Of a DNA stretch of 54,605 nucleotides, positions 1 to 9,811 are shown piece after piece (within the stretch, counting starts at the first letter, position 1; every line of letters starts with the position of its first letter). Both the position numbers and the translations under genes were made by a program. The DNA lies in sequence record SRR16203515_1384; one strand, 5' to 3'. Under the pieces are notes generated by a model. That model had not been told where the DNA came from, ran no database searches, and saw only the letters and a list, made by a program, of their open reading frames with translations.

Positions 1-380
1 TTGGCATAAAATTCAAGCGGTATTCCCCATGGATCACGTGACCGTAAAATACGGCCAAAAAACGGTTTCTCGATCCATTCAACAGGCAGCCCGCGTTCCG
101 CGAAAAAATCACCTAGGCGGTCCAGATCGGCATCTTCCCAAACCTTAAACCCCAAGACGCCAACAGATGCCACGTTCGATTTAACCAGATGGATACAGTG
201 GTGGCCACGTTCCTCCATCGCGCGCAGGTAGATGGCGTCCTCTGTTTCATGTGTGACTTGTAGGCCAAGGGTGTCCACATAAAACACCCGTGACGCGGCA
301 AGATCGCGTACGTTATATTCCACATGACTTAATCGGACGATATTGAAATCGGGGTTTAAATTGGGTGCTGGTAGGGGCAT
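1..380 (-). CDS. hpaD: 3,4-dihydroxyphenylacetate (homoprotocatechuate) 2,3-dioxygenase, N-terminal part (runs off the window)
   Basis: Not in the ORF track. Manual translation from ATG 380-378 (TAATG overlap with the hpaE stop) gives MPLPAPNLNPDFNIVRLSHVEYNVRDLAASRVFYVDTLGLQVTHETEDAIYLRAMEERGHHC, a VOC extradiol dioxygenase N-terminus; hpa context. Confidence 0.9.
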   Translation of the reverse strand, partial: MPLPAPNLNPDFNIVRLSHVEYNVRDLAASRVFYVDTLGLQVTHETEDAIYLRAMEERGHHCIHLVKSNVASVGVLGFKVWEDADLDRLGDFFAERGLPVEWIEKPFFGRILRSRDPWGIPLEFYA

Positions 381-1894
381 TACAGTTTTCCTAATTTTGG
401 GATAGTGTGCGACCCCGTCGCAAATCCAATATGTTTTTGTTCCATATAAAACTCAAACGACCAATCGCCGCCATCGCGGCCAATTCCGCTGGCCTTAACA
501 CCACCAAAGGGTGTGGGCAGGTGTCGCACGTTTTCCGAATTCACCCAAATCATACCTGCCTCTAACTTATCACTAAATCGCAGTGCTCGGGTCAGATCAT
601 TGGTCCATATATATCCCGTTAAGCCATAATTCACGTCATTGGCCATCTGTAAAGCTTGATCTTCATCAGTGAACCGAATGGATGTTAAGACAGGGCCAAA
701 TATTTCTTCTTGTGCAATACGCATGTCGTTTGTTGCATTCGTGAACAGGGTTGGTTTCACGAAATATCCAACATCACCATCGCGCGCGCCACCCGCTGCG
801 ATTGTTGCGCCATCCGTCTTTGCAATATCAAAGTATGAGGAAACTTTGTTAAAGTGGGCGGTGTGAATAAGGGGACCAACTTCAGTCGCTGGATCAAGGG
901 GATGACCAACCTTGATCGCATTTACGCGTTCAATCAATTTCGCCTCGAACGTATCTGCAATTGTGTCTTGCACCAACAAACGGGACGATGACGTACAACG
1001 TTCGCCATTCAACGAATAAATCATGAATATCGCTGCATCCAACGCCCGATCCAAATCCGCATCATCAAACACAACGACAGGGTTTTTCCCGCCCAGTTCA
1101 AAATGAACGCGCTTTAACGTATCTGCACCCTGTTTCATAATTTGGCTGCCCGTACGGCTTTCGCCCACAAATGCAATCGCCTTGATATCTGGGTGTTCGC
1201 ATAGGGCTTTGCCTGCCTCTTCGCCAATACCATTTACCAAATTCCAAACCCCATCTGGCAAACCTGCGTCCTTTGCAATCTCCATCAGAATGCTGGCTGT
1301 TAATGGACTTAGCTCTGCGGGTTTGTGAACAACGGTGCAGCCTGCGGCCAACGCGGGCGCGATTTTCCATGTGGACAGCATAAAGGGTGTATTCCATGGC
1401 GTAATGACACCTACAGCGCCAATTGGAACACGCGTTGTCACATTCATAAGCGTTGGGGAAGGCAGGCTTTGACCATCGCGCGCCGCAGGTGCACGATCAG
1501 CAAAAAACCGAAAATTCTCGGCACCACGGATCGCGGCCTTGGCCATAAATCGAATAGGTTGTCCTGTGTCCCAACTTTCGCACAACGCGATCTCTTCGGC
1601 GCGGGCAATGATGCCATCCGCGATCTTGTGTAGGATTTTTTTTCGCCCGGTTCCCGTTAGATCACGCCATTCAGGGAATGCGTTTTTAGCGGCATCAGCT
1701 GCCAATACGATTTCTTCGGCACCCCCTTTGGCAACATCGCAAATAAAGGATTCATCAACTGGTGAAACAGATTGAAATGTATCACCGCTTTCGGACCAAA
1801 GATTTTTGCCATTGATGTGGTGCGACACACCTGTCGATTTAAAACGTTCAAGGTATCCAGATAGTTTTTCTAAATTCGAAGTTAAATCTGACAT
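380..1894 (-). CDS. hpaE: 5-carboxymethyl-2-hydroxymuconate semialdehyde dehydrogenase
   Basis: ALDH motifs (ELGGKNP, NGERCTSSSR, EEIFGPV, PFGGVKASG), ITPWNTPFMLSTWK; hpa context. Confidence 0.93.
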   Translation of the reverse strand: MSDLTSNLEKLSGYLERFKSTGVSHHINGKNLWSESGDTFQSVSPVDESFICDVAKGGAEEIVLAADAAKNAFPEWRDLTGTGRKKILHKIADGIIARAEEIALCESWDTGQPIRFMAKAAIRGAENFRFFADRAPAARDGQSLPSPTLMNVTTRVPIGAVGVITPWNTPFMLSTWKIAPALAAGCTVVHKPAELSPLTASILMEIAKDAGLPDGVWNLVNGIGEEAGKALCEHPDIKAIAFVGESRTGSQIMKQGADTLKRVHFELGGKNPVVVFDDADLDRALDAAIFMIYSLNGERCTSSSRLLVQDTIADTFEAKLIERVNAIKVGHPLDPATEVGPLIHTAHFNKVSSYFDIAKTDGATIAAGGARDGDVGYFVKPTLFTNATNDMRIAQEEIFGPVLTSIRFTDEDQALQMANDVNYGLTGYIWTNDLTRALRFSDKLEAGMIWVNSENVRHLPTPFGGVKASGIGRDGGDWSFEFYMEQKHIGFATGSHTIPKLGKL

Positions 1895-2278
1895 TTATAG
1901 CTCCAGGTATTTTCGGATTGATCCAGATTTGGGTGAAAGCGCGGCATCGATATCGCGCAGCTCTAGGGACAACGCCAGCGATTGGCGCTGCATAACTTCC
2001 GCAACAAATTCATTGGCCGCGTCAAATATTTTCTGGGCTGCATTTTGCTTGGTTTCCATATCACGACCTTCGCGGATACGAACGGAAATATCGATAAACC
2101 CATGTTCGGGATTTCCGTCTGCGATCGCATAATGGTCAGCCCGCACCGCGCGCACCTTTACCCCAGCCAATGGAAATGCATCTATTGACGCCGCGGCGTC
2201 GCGCAGAGTGTCACATAATGCGCCGATATCCACGTCTGGTTCAACATTCGCTGAATAGTCGATCATCAAGTGTGGCAT
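1895..2278 (-). CDS. hpaF: 5-carboxymethyl-2-hydroxymuconate isomerase (tautomerase superfamily)
   Basis: Catalytic Pro1 (MPHLMIDYSAN), FPLAGVKVRA, 127 aa. Confidence 0.88.
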   Translation of the reverse strand: MPHLMIDYSANVEPDVDIGALCDTLRDAAASIDAFPLAGVKVRAVRADHYAIADGNPEHGFIDISVRIREGRDMETKQNAAQKIFDAANEFVAEVMQRQSLALSLELRDIDAALSPKSGSIRKYLEL

Positions 2279-2298
2279 TGAAATATCCTTAACATCGC

Positions 2299-2320
2299 AA
2301 TCATTAACATGTTAAATATA
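2299..2320. promoter_or_regulatory. Putative HpaR operator in the divergent hpa/hpaR promoter
   Basis: Perfect palindrome TTAACATGTTAA (2304-2315) inside AATCATTAA-CATG-TTAAATATA. Confidence 0.65.
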
Positions 2321-2354
2321 TTGCATCAATTGAGTCAATCGTTATTATACAGCC

Positions 2355-2789
2355 ATGAAACAACTACCCTCGACACAAAGATCATTACCAATCGCGCTTA
2401 TTCAAGCGCGTGAAAATGTGATGACCCCAATTCGTCAGATGTTGAGCGAAAGTGGCCTGACCGAACAACAGTGGCGTGTTTTACGTGTTTTGGACGAACA
2501 TGGTGCCTTGGAACCCTCACAACTGGCCAAACACGCGGCTCTTTTGCTACCCAGCCAAACACGGATCGTCCAATCCATGGCTCAGAAGGGGCTGGTGGAA
2601 AGACGCGAACATCGAAATGATCGCAGGCGCACAGTGATTGAAATCACAGCTGCGGGTCAGGCAATCATTAATGATAATGCGGTCAAAGCTGCCGAAATTG
2701 CCGCGCAAATTCGCGACAAACTTGGCCCACGGCGGTTTGAAACACTGTTAGATATTCTTGATGATTTAGGTAATTTAGATGTCAGATAA
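2355..2789 (+). CDS. hpaR: Homoprotocatechuate degradation regulator (MarR family)
   Basis: RSLPIALIQARENVM...GLTEQQWRVLRVL...DRRR; divergent from the hpa genes. Confidence 0.92.
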   Translation: MKQLPSTQRSLPIALIQARENVMTPIRQMLSESGLTEQQWRVLRVLDEHGALEPSQLAKHAALLLPSQTRIVQSMAQKGLVERREHRNDRRRTVIEITAAGQAIINDNAVKAAEIAAQIRDKLGPRRFETLLDILDDLGNLDVR

Positions 2790-4014
2790 AACGATCCTGG
2801 TCATTGGAACATATGACACTAAAGATGACGAATTGAATTATCTATGTGATCGCATTCGTGCCCAAGGGGGCGGTGTTTTAACATTGGATGTCAGCGTTCT
2901 GGGTGATCCAAGTGTTCCTACCGATATTTCAAAACACGATATCGCGAAAACCGGTGGCAGCAGCATCGAGGCCGCAATCGCAAGCGAAGACGAAAACGTC
3001 GCGATGCAGATCATGGCAAATGGTGCTGTGGCCAAAGTACTGGAACTTTATTTTGCTGGTCACATTCATGGTGTGATCATTCTTGGTGGAAGTATGGGGA
3101 CAGATCTGGCACTTGATGTCTGCCAGGCACTGCCCCTAGGTGTTCCAAAATACATCGTTTCCACCGTTTCATTTTCGGCGATGCTGCCTCCTGAACGTTT
3201 GGCGGCAGACGTACAAATGATCCTTTGGGCAGGGGGGCTGTATGGTTTAAATTCAATCTGCAAATCATCCCTGTCCCAGGCCGCTGGCGCCGTATTGGGT
3301 GCCGCCCGCGCGGTTGAGGCGACCAAACGCGAAAAACCCCTGATTGGGATGACATCGTTTGGCAAAACGATCCTACACTATATGGTGACACTTAAGCCAG
3401 AATTGGAAAAACGCGGGTTCGAGGTGGCCGTGTTTCACGCCACTGGAATGGGCGGGCGGGCGTTCGAATCCCTTGCATCGCAGGGGCAATTTGCAGCCGT
3501 AATGGACTTTGCCCCACAAGAAATCTGTAACCAGATTTTTGGCTCTGGGATCACAGCTGGACCCGATCGGATGACAAATGCGGGAAAGTCAGCGATCCCT
3601 CAAATCATTGCACCTGCATGCTATGATCTGGTGGATTTGATAGGCTGGCAAGATATCCCCGCACACTTCCAAAATCGCGAAAGCCATGCCCATAACCGCT
3701 TGATCACCTCAATAGTTTTAAACCATGACGAACGTCGCCAAGTTGCCCGTGAATTCAATAAACGGTTGGCTGGGGCACAGAGCAAAACAACCTACATTCT
3801 GCCCACCCAAGGTTGCAACGAATGGGACCGAGAGGGTGCACCGCTACACGACAAACAAGGTTTAGATGTCTTTATTCAGGAAACGCGCGATACACGCCCC
3901 AAAAATGTCGAACTCATTGAATTGGATTGCCACATCAATGACCCTGAGTTTTCAGAAACGGCACTCTCTATTTTGGATAATTGGATCGCCGCAGGAGTGG
4001 TGAAGGTAGCTTAA
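2779..4014 (+). CDS. Tm-1-like ATP-binding protein (UPF0261)
   Basis: IGTYDTKDDEL, GGSMGT, LPLGVPKYIVST, VFHATGMGGRAFE, HAHN motifs. Confidence 0.85.
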   Translation: MSDKTILVIGTYDTKDDELNYLCDRIRAQGGGVLTLDVSVLGDPSVPTDISKHDIAKTGGSSIEAAIASEDENVAMQIMANGAVAKVLELYFAGHIHGVIILGGSMGTDLALDVCQALPLGVPKYIVSTVSFSAMLPPERLAADVQMILWAGGLYGLNSICKSSLSQAAGAVLGAARAVEATKREKPLIGMTSFGKTILHYMVTLKPELEKRGFEVAVFHATGMGGRAFESLASQGQFAAVMDFAPQEICNQIFGSGITAGPDRMTNAGKSAIPQIIAPACYDLVDLIGWQDIPAHFQNRESHAHNRLITSIVLNHDERRQVAREFNKRLAGAQSKTTYILPTQGCNEWDREGAPLHDKQGLDVFIQETRDTRPKNVELIELDCHINDPEFSETALSILDNWIAAGVVKVA

Positions 4015-4082
4015 ACATTTGAAACGCTATTTTTGATGCAATATGTATCTGCAATAATTTCACTATTTTACGACTTCGCTGT

Positions 4083-4583
4083 TTATTTTTTCCCAGGTTC
4101 CAAGGTTCCAATCTGATCCAAAACCGCGATGTAAACATCCCGTTTGAACGGAACAATGGTGTCGACCATTTCAGACTGGTCGATCCATTTCCATTCAACA
4201 AATTCTGGATGGTCCGTATCAATATTCACCTGAGCATCTGAACCTAAAAACCGCATGCGGAACCATTTTTGTTCCTGCCCGCGATATTTTCCGCCCCAAA
4301 GTTTATCCAACAATTCAAGCGGCAGATCATATGCAAGCCAATCCTCGTTTTCGGCCTCGATCCAAACCAAATCACGAGAAACACCAGTTTCTTCCTCAAG
4401 TTCACGCAGCGCGGCTTCTTTGGGGCTTTCGCCTGGGTCAATTCCGCCTTGTGGCATTTGCCAATGTGGACCCTTCATATCAATGCGGCGCCCAACAAAA
4501 ACCCTATCGTCAGAATTAACAAGCATGACGCCGACGTTCTGCCGGTAGGGGAGTTTTTCGATTTCTTCAGGTGTACGTGTCAT
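4083..4583 (-). CDS. rppH: RNA pyrophosphohydrolase (Nudix)
   Basis: [17 protein letters not shown]...[29 protein letters not shown]. Confidence 0.93.
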   Translation of the reverse strand: MTRTPEEIEKLPYRQNVGVMLVNSDDRVFVGRRIDMKGPHWQMPQGGIDPGESPKEAALRELEEETGVSRDLVWIEAENEDWLAYDLPLELLDKLWGGKYRGQEQKWFRMRFLGSDAQVNIDTDHPEFVEWKWIDQSEMVDTIVPFKRDVYIAVLDQIGTLEPGKK

Positions 4584-4585
4584 GA

Positions 4586-5914
4586 TTACTCAGCACTAAT
4601 TGCTGACAAACCGCGCAAGATATCAATTGCATAGGCCAACTGATAATCATCATCGCGCAGACGTGCAGCCGTTTCCGCCTTTTCACGATCCTCTTCCAGC
4701 TGACGAACTTCTTCTTCACTTAGGCTGTCATTGGACAATGACCCACGCAAGTCTGCTTCGGAATTGAAACGAATACCCTCTTCCTCGTTTTCCGCATCTG
4801 GTCGACGACGCGGCTGTTTAACAATGATATCAGGTGTCACACCCAAATTTTGGATCGAGCGCCCAGAAGGTGTGTAGTAACGCGATGTGGTCAATCGCAT
4901 CGCGGCACTGCCGCGTAATGGCATCACCGTTTGCACCGAACCTTTGCCGAAACTTTGTGTTCCAACGATAATCGCACGACGGTGATCTTTTAATGCGCCA
5001 GCAACGATTTCAGAGGCAGACGCAGATCCTCCATTGATCAAAACAACAATGGGCTTTCCATCAATGATGTCGCCCGGTTTGGCGTTATAACGCTCACCCT
5101 CTTCTGGATTGCGGCCACGTGTTGAAACAATCTCACCTTTTTCTAGGAAATCATCTGCAACTTTGATCGCCTGACTTAGCAATCCGCCGGGATTGTTACG
5201 CAAATCCAAAACTAGACCGTTGATGTTGTCCAATCCACCTGCTTCTTCAACCTGCTTATCCAGCCCATCAACAATATTTTTACGGGTGTTATCGTTAAAG
5301 GTTGTGACACGCACGACGACACTGTCGCCTTCGGTACGTGCGCGCGCTGCGGTCAATTCGATGACATCGCGGGTTAGTTCCAAATCAAATGGCTCTTGTT
5401 CACCCTCACGTACAATAGTAACAACGATGTCTGAACCAACAGGGCCTCGCATCCGTTCAACCGCTTGGTTCAATGTTAATCCCAGAACACTTTCACCATC
5501 AACATGGGTAATAAAATCGCCTGCTTCAACACCCGCATCAAATGCAGGTGTTCCATCAATTGGCGAGACAACTTTTACAAATCCCTCTTCCATTGTGACT
5601 TCGATCCCAAGACCGCCAAATTCACCACGTGTTTGGGTTCGCATATCTTCTGCCGCTTTGGGCGCAAGATAACTGGAATGGGGATCAAGCGATGTCAGCA
5701 TCCCGTTGATCGCGGCCTCGATCAATGCGCTTTCGTCAACTTCTTCGACATATTCCGCGCGAATGCGATCAAAGATATTGCCAAATAAATCAAGTTGTTC
5801 GTAAATTTCCTTACGGTCATTTTCTGACTGTGCCAACATAGGACCCGCCAACTGAAATGACGTAACAGCCCCCAAAGAAACGCCCAGCCCAACTGCGATT
5901 AATGTCTTTTTCAT
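4586..5914 (-). CDS. ctpA: Carboxyl-terminal processing protease (S41, PDZ)
   Basis: [47 protein letters not shown]. Confidence 0.93.
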   Translation of the reverse strand: MKKTLIAVGLGVSLGAVTSFQLAGPMLAQSENDRKEIYEQLDLFGNIFDRIRAEYVEEVDESALIEAAINGMLTSLDPHSSYLAPKAAEDMRTQTRGEFGGLGIEVTMEEGFVKVVSPIDGTPAFDAGVEAGDFITHVDGESVLGLTLNQAVERMRGPVGSDIVVTIVREGEQEPFDLELTRDVIELTAARARTEGDSVVVRVTTFNDNTRKNIVDGLDKQVEEAGGLDNINGLVLDLRNNPGGLLSQAIKVADDFLEKGEIVSTRGRNPEEGERYNAKPGDIIDGKPIVVLINGGSASASEIVAGALKDHRRAIIVGTQSFGKGSVQTVMPLRGSAAMRLTTSRYYTPSGRSIQNLGVTPDIIVKQPRRRPDAENEEEGIRFNSEADLRGSLSNDSLSEEEVRQLEEDREKAETAARLRDDDYQLAYAIDILRGLSAISAE

Positions 5915-7059
5915 CGTTTAACCCCGAATTCTTCGAACCACGTAAGTGGATTTTCTGGTGCTTTGTTGACACGTACTTCTATATAAATCGTTTCACCGCG
6001 CAAACCAGCAGACTCATTAAGTGTTTCAATCAAATTTTTTTCATCAAATATTTCACTCATACCCATAAGCCCGACGGGACTGCCCGCTGGCAAAACTTCA
6101 CCAATATCGCCGTAGACGGTACTCAGCCCAGCAAAAATGTAAAGGATGTCTTTTTGTGGTTCTAAAATTGACACCAAACCGTAATCCAAAAGCGGCCCAC
6201 GATATCGAATAGTTGCAGCGGTCGGGGTACGCACCAAAGCGTTGTCGGATGTTGCCACAACGATTCCGGGGCGTTTAATGCCTGCGGCATCTGCCTCATT
6301 AAAATATCGAATGACTTTACCCTGCACCGGCATCGGCAGTGTGCCTTTGCGTGTGTTGATATCAGGTAAGCTCCCTTCCGCTTCATTTTTTGCGATTAGA
6401 GACAGGCCATCGGCAAAAATATCCAATGTATCTGCCGCGGCTAATAAAATCGCCGTTTGTGCTGGATCTTCGACAAACCGTTTTGGTAAATCATCCCTGT
6501 CAGCAATAGCGCGCCCCAGTGCAGCGCGCGTTTCCTGAAGCGCAACAAGCCCCACTTGTAGGTCCAGCGTGACCTGATATTGAAGCTCACTTAGATATCG
6601 CACCGCCTCAAGATCAGAACGCAGTGATTGTACCTTTTCCTCTAATGCGGGCAGAAGATCCGCAATCAACATTCCGCCCCGTGCTGTGGACATGGGGCCA
6701 TCAGGGTGCAGCAATTCTGCCTGAATCGGCGATTTATCAATGCTCAACAGAACGCCTATCAATTCGCCATAGGCTTCTTCTTCTACCGACAGTTTTTGTT
6801 GTGCGCGTGCTTCAAGAACAGAAATCTGGCGCAAACTATCACGCGCCAGACTTAGGCTTTCTTCAAAACTGAGAATTGCATCCGTTAACGCTGAAATTCG
6901 ATCCTTTGCCGATTTGGACCGTTCCAGCTTGTTCCATGCACTATCAAGTGATTGCTGTGCCTGTCGCGCCTGAAATTCCAGATCATTTTGCGCAAATAGG
7001 GGCGTCGCAGTCCAAAAAATAGCCGCGATAAAAATTCCTATGCGCGCTGCATACCTCAA
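5911..7059 (-). CDS. envC: Murein hydrolase activator EnvC family (coiled coil plus degenerate M23)
   Basis: Signal peptide, coiled coil, C-terminal M23-like domain (LPMPVQG...IYIEVR..P.NPLTWF); lies between gpmI and ctpA. Confidence 0.8.
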   Translation of the reverse strand: MRYAARIGIFIAAIFWTATPLFAQNDLEFQARQAQQSLDSAWNKLERSKSAKDRISALTDAILSFEESLSLARDSLRQISVLEARAQQKLSVEEEAYGELIGVLLSIDKSPIQAELLHPDGPMSTARGGMLIADLLPALEEKVQSLRSDLEAVRYLSELQYQVTLDLQVGLVALQETRAALGRAIADRDDLPKRFVEDPAQTAILLAAADTLDIFADGLSLIAKNEAEGSLPDINTRKGTLPMPVQGKVIRYFNEADAAGIKRPGIVVATSDNALVRTPTAATIRYRGPLLDYGLVSILEPQKDILYIFAGLSTVYGDIGEVLPAGSPVGLMGMSEIFDEKNLIETLNESAGLRGETIYIEVRVNKAPENPLTWFEEFGVKR

Positions 7060-8576
7060 ACTAACAAGCTCTCTCCGGTCATTTCAGTAGGCTTATCAAG
7101 CTGCATCAAATCGAGCAAGGTTGGCGCTAAATCTGCAAGCCGACCACCATCGCGCAGTGTGGTGTTTGCATCACCGCCCACCAAGACAGCTGGGACCAGA
7201 TTGATGGTATGCGCCGTATGTGGTCCGCCCGTTTCTGGATCAATCATGGTTTCGCAATTTCCATGATCGGCGGTCACAATCATCGCACCGCCTGCATTTT
7301 CCAACGCGGCAAGCACACGTCCCAATCCTTGATCAACGGCCTCACAGGCTTTGATCGCCGCATTCAAATCACCAGTATGCCCAACCATGTCTGGATTTGC
7401 GTAATTCGTGACGATCAAATCATATCCTGTCTCAATCGCCTTAACGAACTGATCGGTCACTTCGCCTGCAGACATTTCGGGTTGCAGATCATAGGTCGCC
7501 ACTTTGGGTGAAGGTGCCATATAACGCGCTTCACCCGCTTCTGGTTGCTCTTTCCCGCCGTTCAAGAAAAACGTGACATGGGGATATTTTTCGGTTTCTG
7601 CCAGTCTGAATTGTGACTTGCGTGATTTCGCGACCCATTCACCCAATGTATTGACGAGCTTTTGTTTCGGGAAACAGGTGCGCATATAGTCGTTGTGGGA
7701 CGTCGAATATTCGACCATCCCCAACAACATCGACCACTGGGGACGGGTACCCACATCAAATTCGTCAAATGGGGTTTCACCAATTGCGCGCAAAATTTCG
7801 CGGGCACGGTCGGCGCGGAAATTCATACAGAAAAATGCATCCCCATCTTGGGCACCTTGATAGTCACCTAAGACTGTTGCTGGGATGAATTCATCGCTAA
7901 CACCCGCCGCATAGTTTGACTTAATCGCCAAATCTACGGTGTCCGCGCGCACATCAGATACGCCATGCACAATCGCGTTATAGGCGGTCGCGACGCGTTC
8001 CCATCTATTGTCGCGATCCATAGCGAAATATCGTCCCGTCACTGTGCCAATTTCCACACCATTTGGCAGGTCACCGATCAGGCGATCTAGGAAATCCGCA
8101 GCGGATGATGGCGCAACATCGCGTCCATCGGTAATAGCGTGCAAAACAACAGGAACGCCCGCATTGGTTAAAATACGCAACGTAGCGATTAGATGCGCGA
8201 TATGACCATGAACACCCCCATCCGATATCAATGACATCACATGTGCACGACCACCTGTATTTTTAAGCGAACCGATATAGTCCATCAGCGCAGGATTGTT
8301 CGCATATGACCCATCCTCAATCGCCAAATCAATTTGCCCAAGGTCCATTGCAACAACGCGTCCTGCACCAATGTTGGTGTGCCCCACTTCGGAATTCCCC
8401 ATCTGGCCAGTGGGTAGGCCGACATCACGGCCATGCGTGATAAGTTGCGTATTGGGGCACTGCTGCATGATGCGATCAAAGTTTGGCGTATTGGCCAATA
8501 CGGGCGCGTTCGCCGCTGCATCAGATCGTGTACCCCAACCATCCAAAATACATAAAACAACAGGTTTTGGTGCCAT
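7056..8576 (-). CDS. gpmI: 2,3-bisphosphoglycerate-independent phosphoglycerate mutase
   Basis: ILDGWG, GQMGNSEVGH, RYFAMDRDNRW, AETEKYPHVTFF, NPDMVGHTG, TADHGN. Confidence 0.96.
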   Translation of the reverse strand: MAPKPVVLCILDGWGTRSDAAANAPVLANTPNFDRIMQQCPNTQLITHGRDVGLPTGQMGNSEVGHTNIGAGRVVAMDLGQIDLAIEDGSYANNPALMDYIGSLKNTGGRAHVMSLISDGGVHGHIAHLIATLRILTNAGVPVVLHAITDGRDVAPSSAADFLDRLIGDLPNGVEIGTVTGRYFAMDRDNRWERVATAYNAIVHGVSDVRADTVDLAIKSNYAAGVSDEFIPATVLGDYQGAQDGDAFFCMNFRADRAREILRAIGETPFDEFDVGTRPQWSMLLGMVEYSTSHNDYMRTCFPKQKLVNTLGEWVAKSRKSQFRLAETEKYPHVTFFLNGGKEQPEAGEARYMAPSPKVATYDLQPEMSAGEVTDQFVKAIETGYDLIVTNYANPDMVGHTGDLNAAIKACEAVDQGLGRVLAALENAGGAMIVTADHGNCETMIDPETGGPHTAHTINLVPAVLVGGDANTTLRDGGRLADLAPTLLDLMQLDKPTEMTGESLLV

Positions 8577-8634
8577 ATCTTTCGCCTCTAATCTTTATGA
8601 GCGTTCTACGTAGAGAGGCAAATAAGAGCAAGTG

Positions 8635-9105
8635 CTAAGCGCGGTGATAGGGGGCGCCTGCCAAGATTGACGCCGCCCGATATAGTTGTTCGCTTAGCAT
8701 TACGCGCACCAACATATGTGGCCAAACCATAGACCCAAAGCTGATCGACATATCGGCCCGTGCGCGCAGCGACGGATCAATCCCATCCGCACCGCCAATA
8801 ACAAACGCCAAGTGGCCCTGACCCTGATCCCGAAAATTTGCAAGACATTTGGAAAAATCGGGGGAGGTTAACAGTTTTCCACGCTCGTCCAATGTGATGA
8901 TTTTTGCGCCATTTGGGATTGCACGATCTAACAGATCTGCTTCTGCCCGCATGCCAATGTTTTTCTTGTCCTCAACCTCGATAACCTCTGCAGGGCCCAA
9001 TCCCATCGAACGGCCCTGTTTGTTAAAACGATCAAGATAATCAGAAAGAAGCTCAAGCTCTGGGCCCCGCCGCAGCCGGCCCACCGCACAAATCGATACC
9101 TTCAT
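8635..9105 (-). CDS. rlmH: 23S rRNA (pseudouridine1915-N3)-methyltransferase
   Basis: FVIGGADG, WPHMLVRVMLSEQLYRA, PYHR. Confidence 0.95.
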   Translation of the reverse strand: MKVSICAVGRLRRGPELELLSDYLDRFNKQGRSMGLGPAEVIEVEDKKNIGMRAEADLLDRAIPNGAKIITLDERGKLLTSPDFSKCLANFRDQGQGHLAFVIGGADGIDPSLRARADMSISFGSMVWPHMLVRVMLSEQLYRAASILAGAPYHRA

Positions 9106-9115
9106 TAATCAGCTG

Positions 9116-9511
9116 TTATGCTTGCCCGGCAGGCAACCACATTTTTTCAAGCTGATAGAATTCGCGCACCTCAGGACGGAAAATGTGAACAACCACATCC
9201 CCTGTGTCAATCAAAACCCAATCTCCGGCCTCTTTGCCCTCAACCTTGCATGCACGACCATGCTCTTGCTTTAGACGATCAACCAGCTTTTCTGCCATTG
9301 CCGTGACCTGACGGGTCGAACGACCCGACGCAATAACCATGTAATCGCCAATCGATGTTTTCCCGCGCAAATCAATTTGCACGATCTCTTCGGCTTTATC
9401 TTGGTCAAGTGAGGTTAAGATACGATCCAACAGCGCTTCGCTTGTTAGATCCTCTGCCGCGGGATTGGCAGATGTGTTTGCAGCGCGAACTGCTTCGACA
9501 GATACTGTCAG
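9116..9511 (-). CDS. rsfS: Ribosomal silencing factor RsfS (Iojap); probable CTG start at 9511 (ORF track starts at TTG 9430)
   Basis: DKAEEIVQIDL, DYMVIASGRS, WVLIDTGDVVVHIF, REFYQLEKMW. The frame is open 27 codons further upstream to a CTG preceded by GGAGG. Confidence 0.92.
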   Translation of the reverse strand: MTVSVEAVRAANTSANPAAEDLTSEALLDRILTSLDQDKAEEIVQIDLRGKTSIGDYMVIASGRSTRQVTAMAEKLVDRLKQEHGRACKVEGKEAGDWVLIDTGDVVVHIFRPEVREFYQLEKMWLPAGQA

Positions 9512-9811
9512 AACTATATCCTCCGTTATGCATGTATTAATTACATGTATGCCGAATCTAGCATGGGTTCAAAAAAATCTCAATGACGCGTAATTGAAAT
9601 GCTGCTTAGCTGCAAGAGTGCGGCAACACTTGCGAGCGTGAAGATTCAAGTGTATGCGAAATGTCATGGAAATGATCTTTGACATGGATGATCGTTCGCG
9701 CCTGCCTTGGCGGTTTTATGGTGCAACGATGACAATTCTGGCACGCGGCTGAGTTGCCGCGACAAAAGATTTGCACCAAACGTTCATCACAAAAATCGGG
9801 AGAGGATGGAA

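Noticed and set aside
113-325. 70-aa ORF in the track
   Set aside because: Out-of-frame shadow inside hpaD, which starts at 380 and leaves the window.
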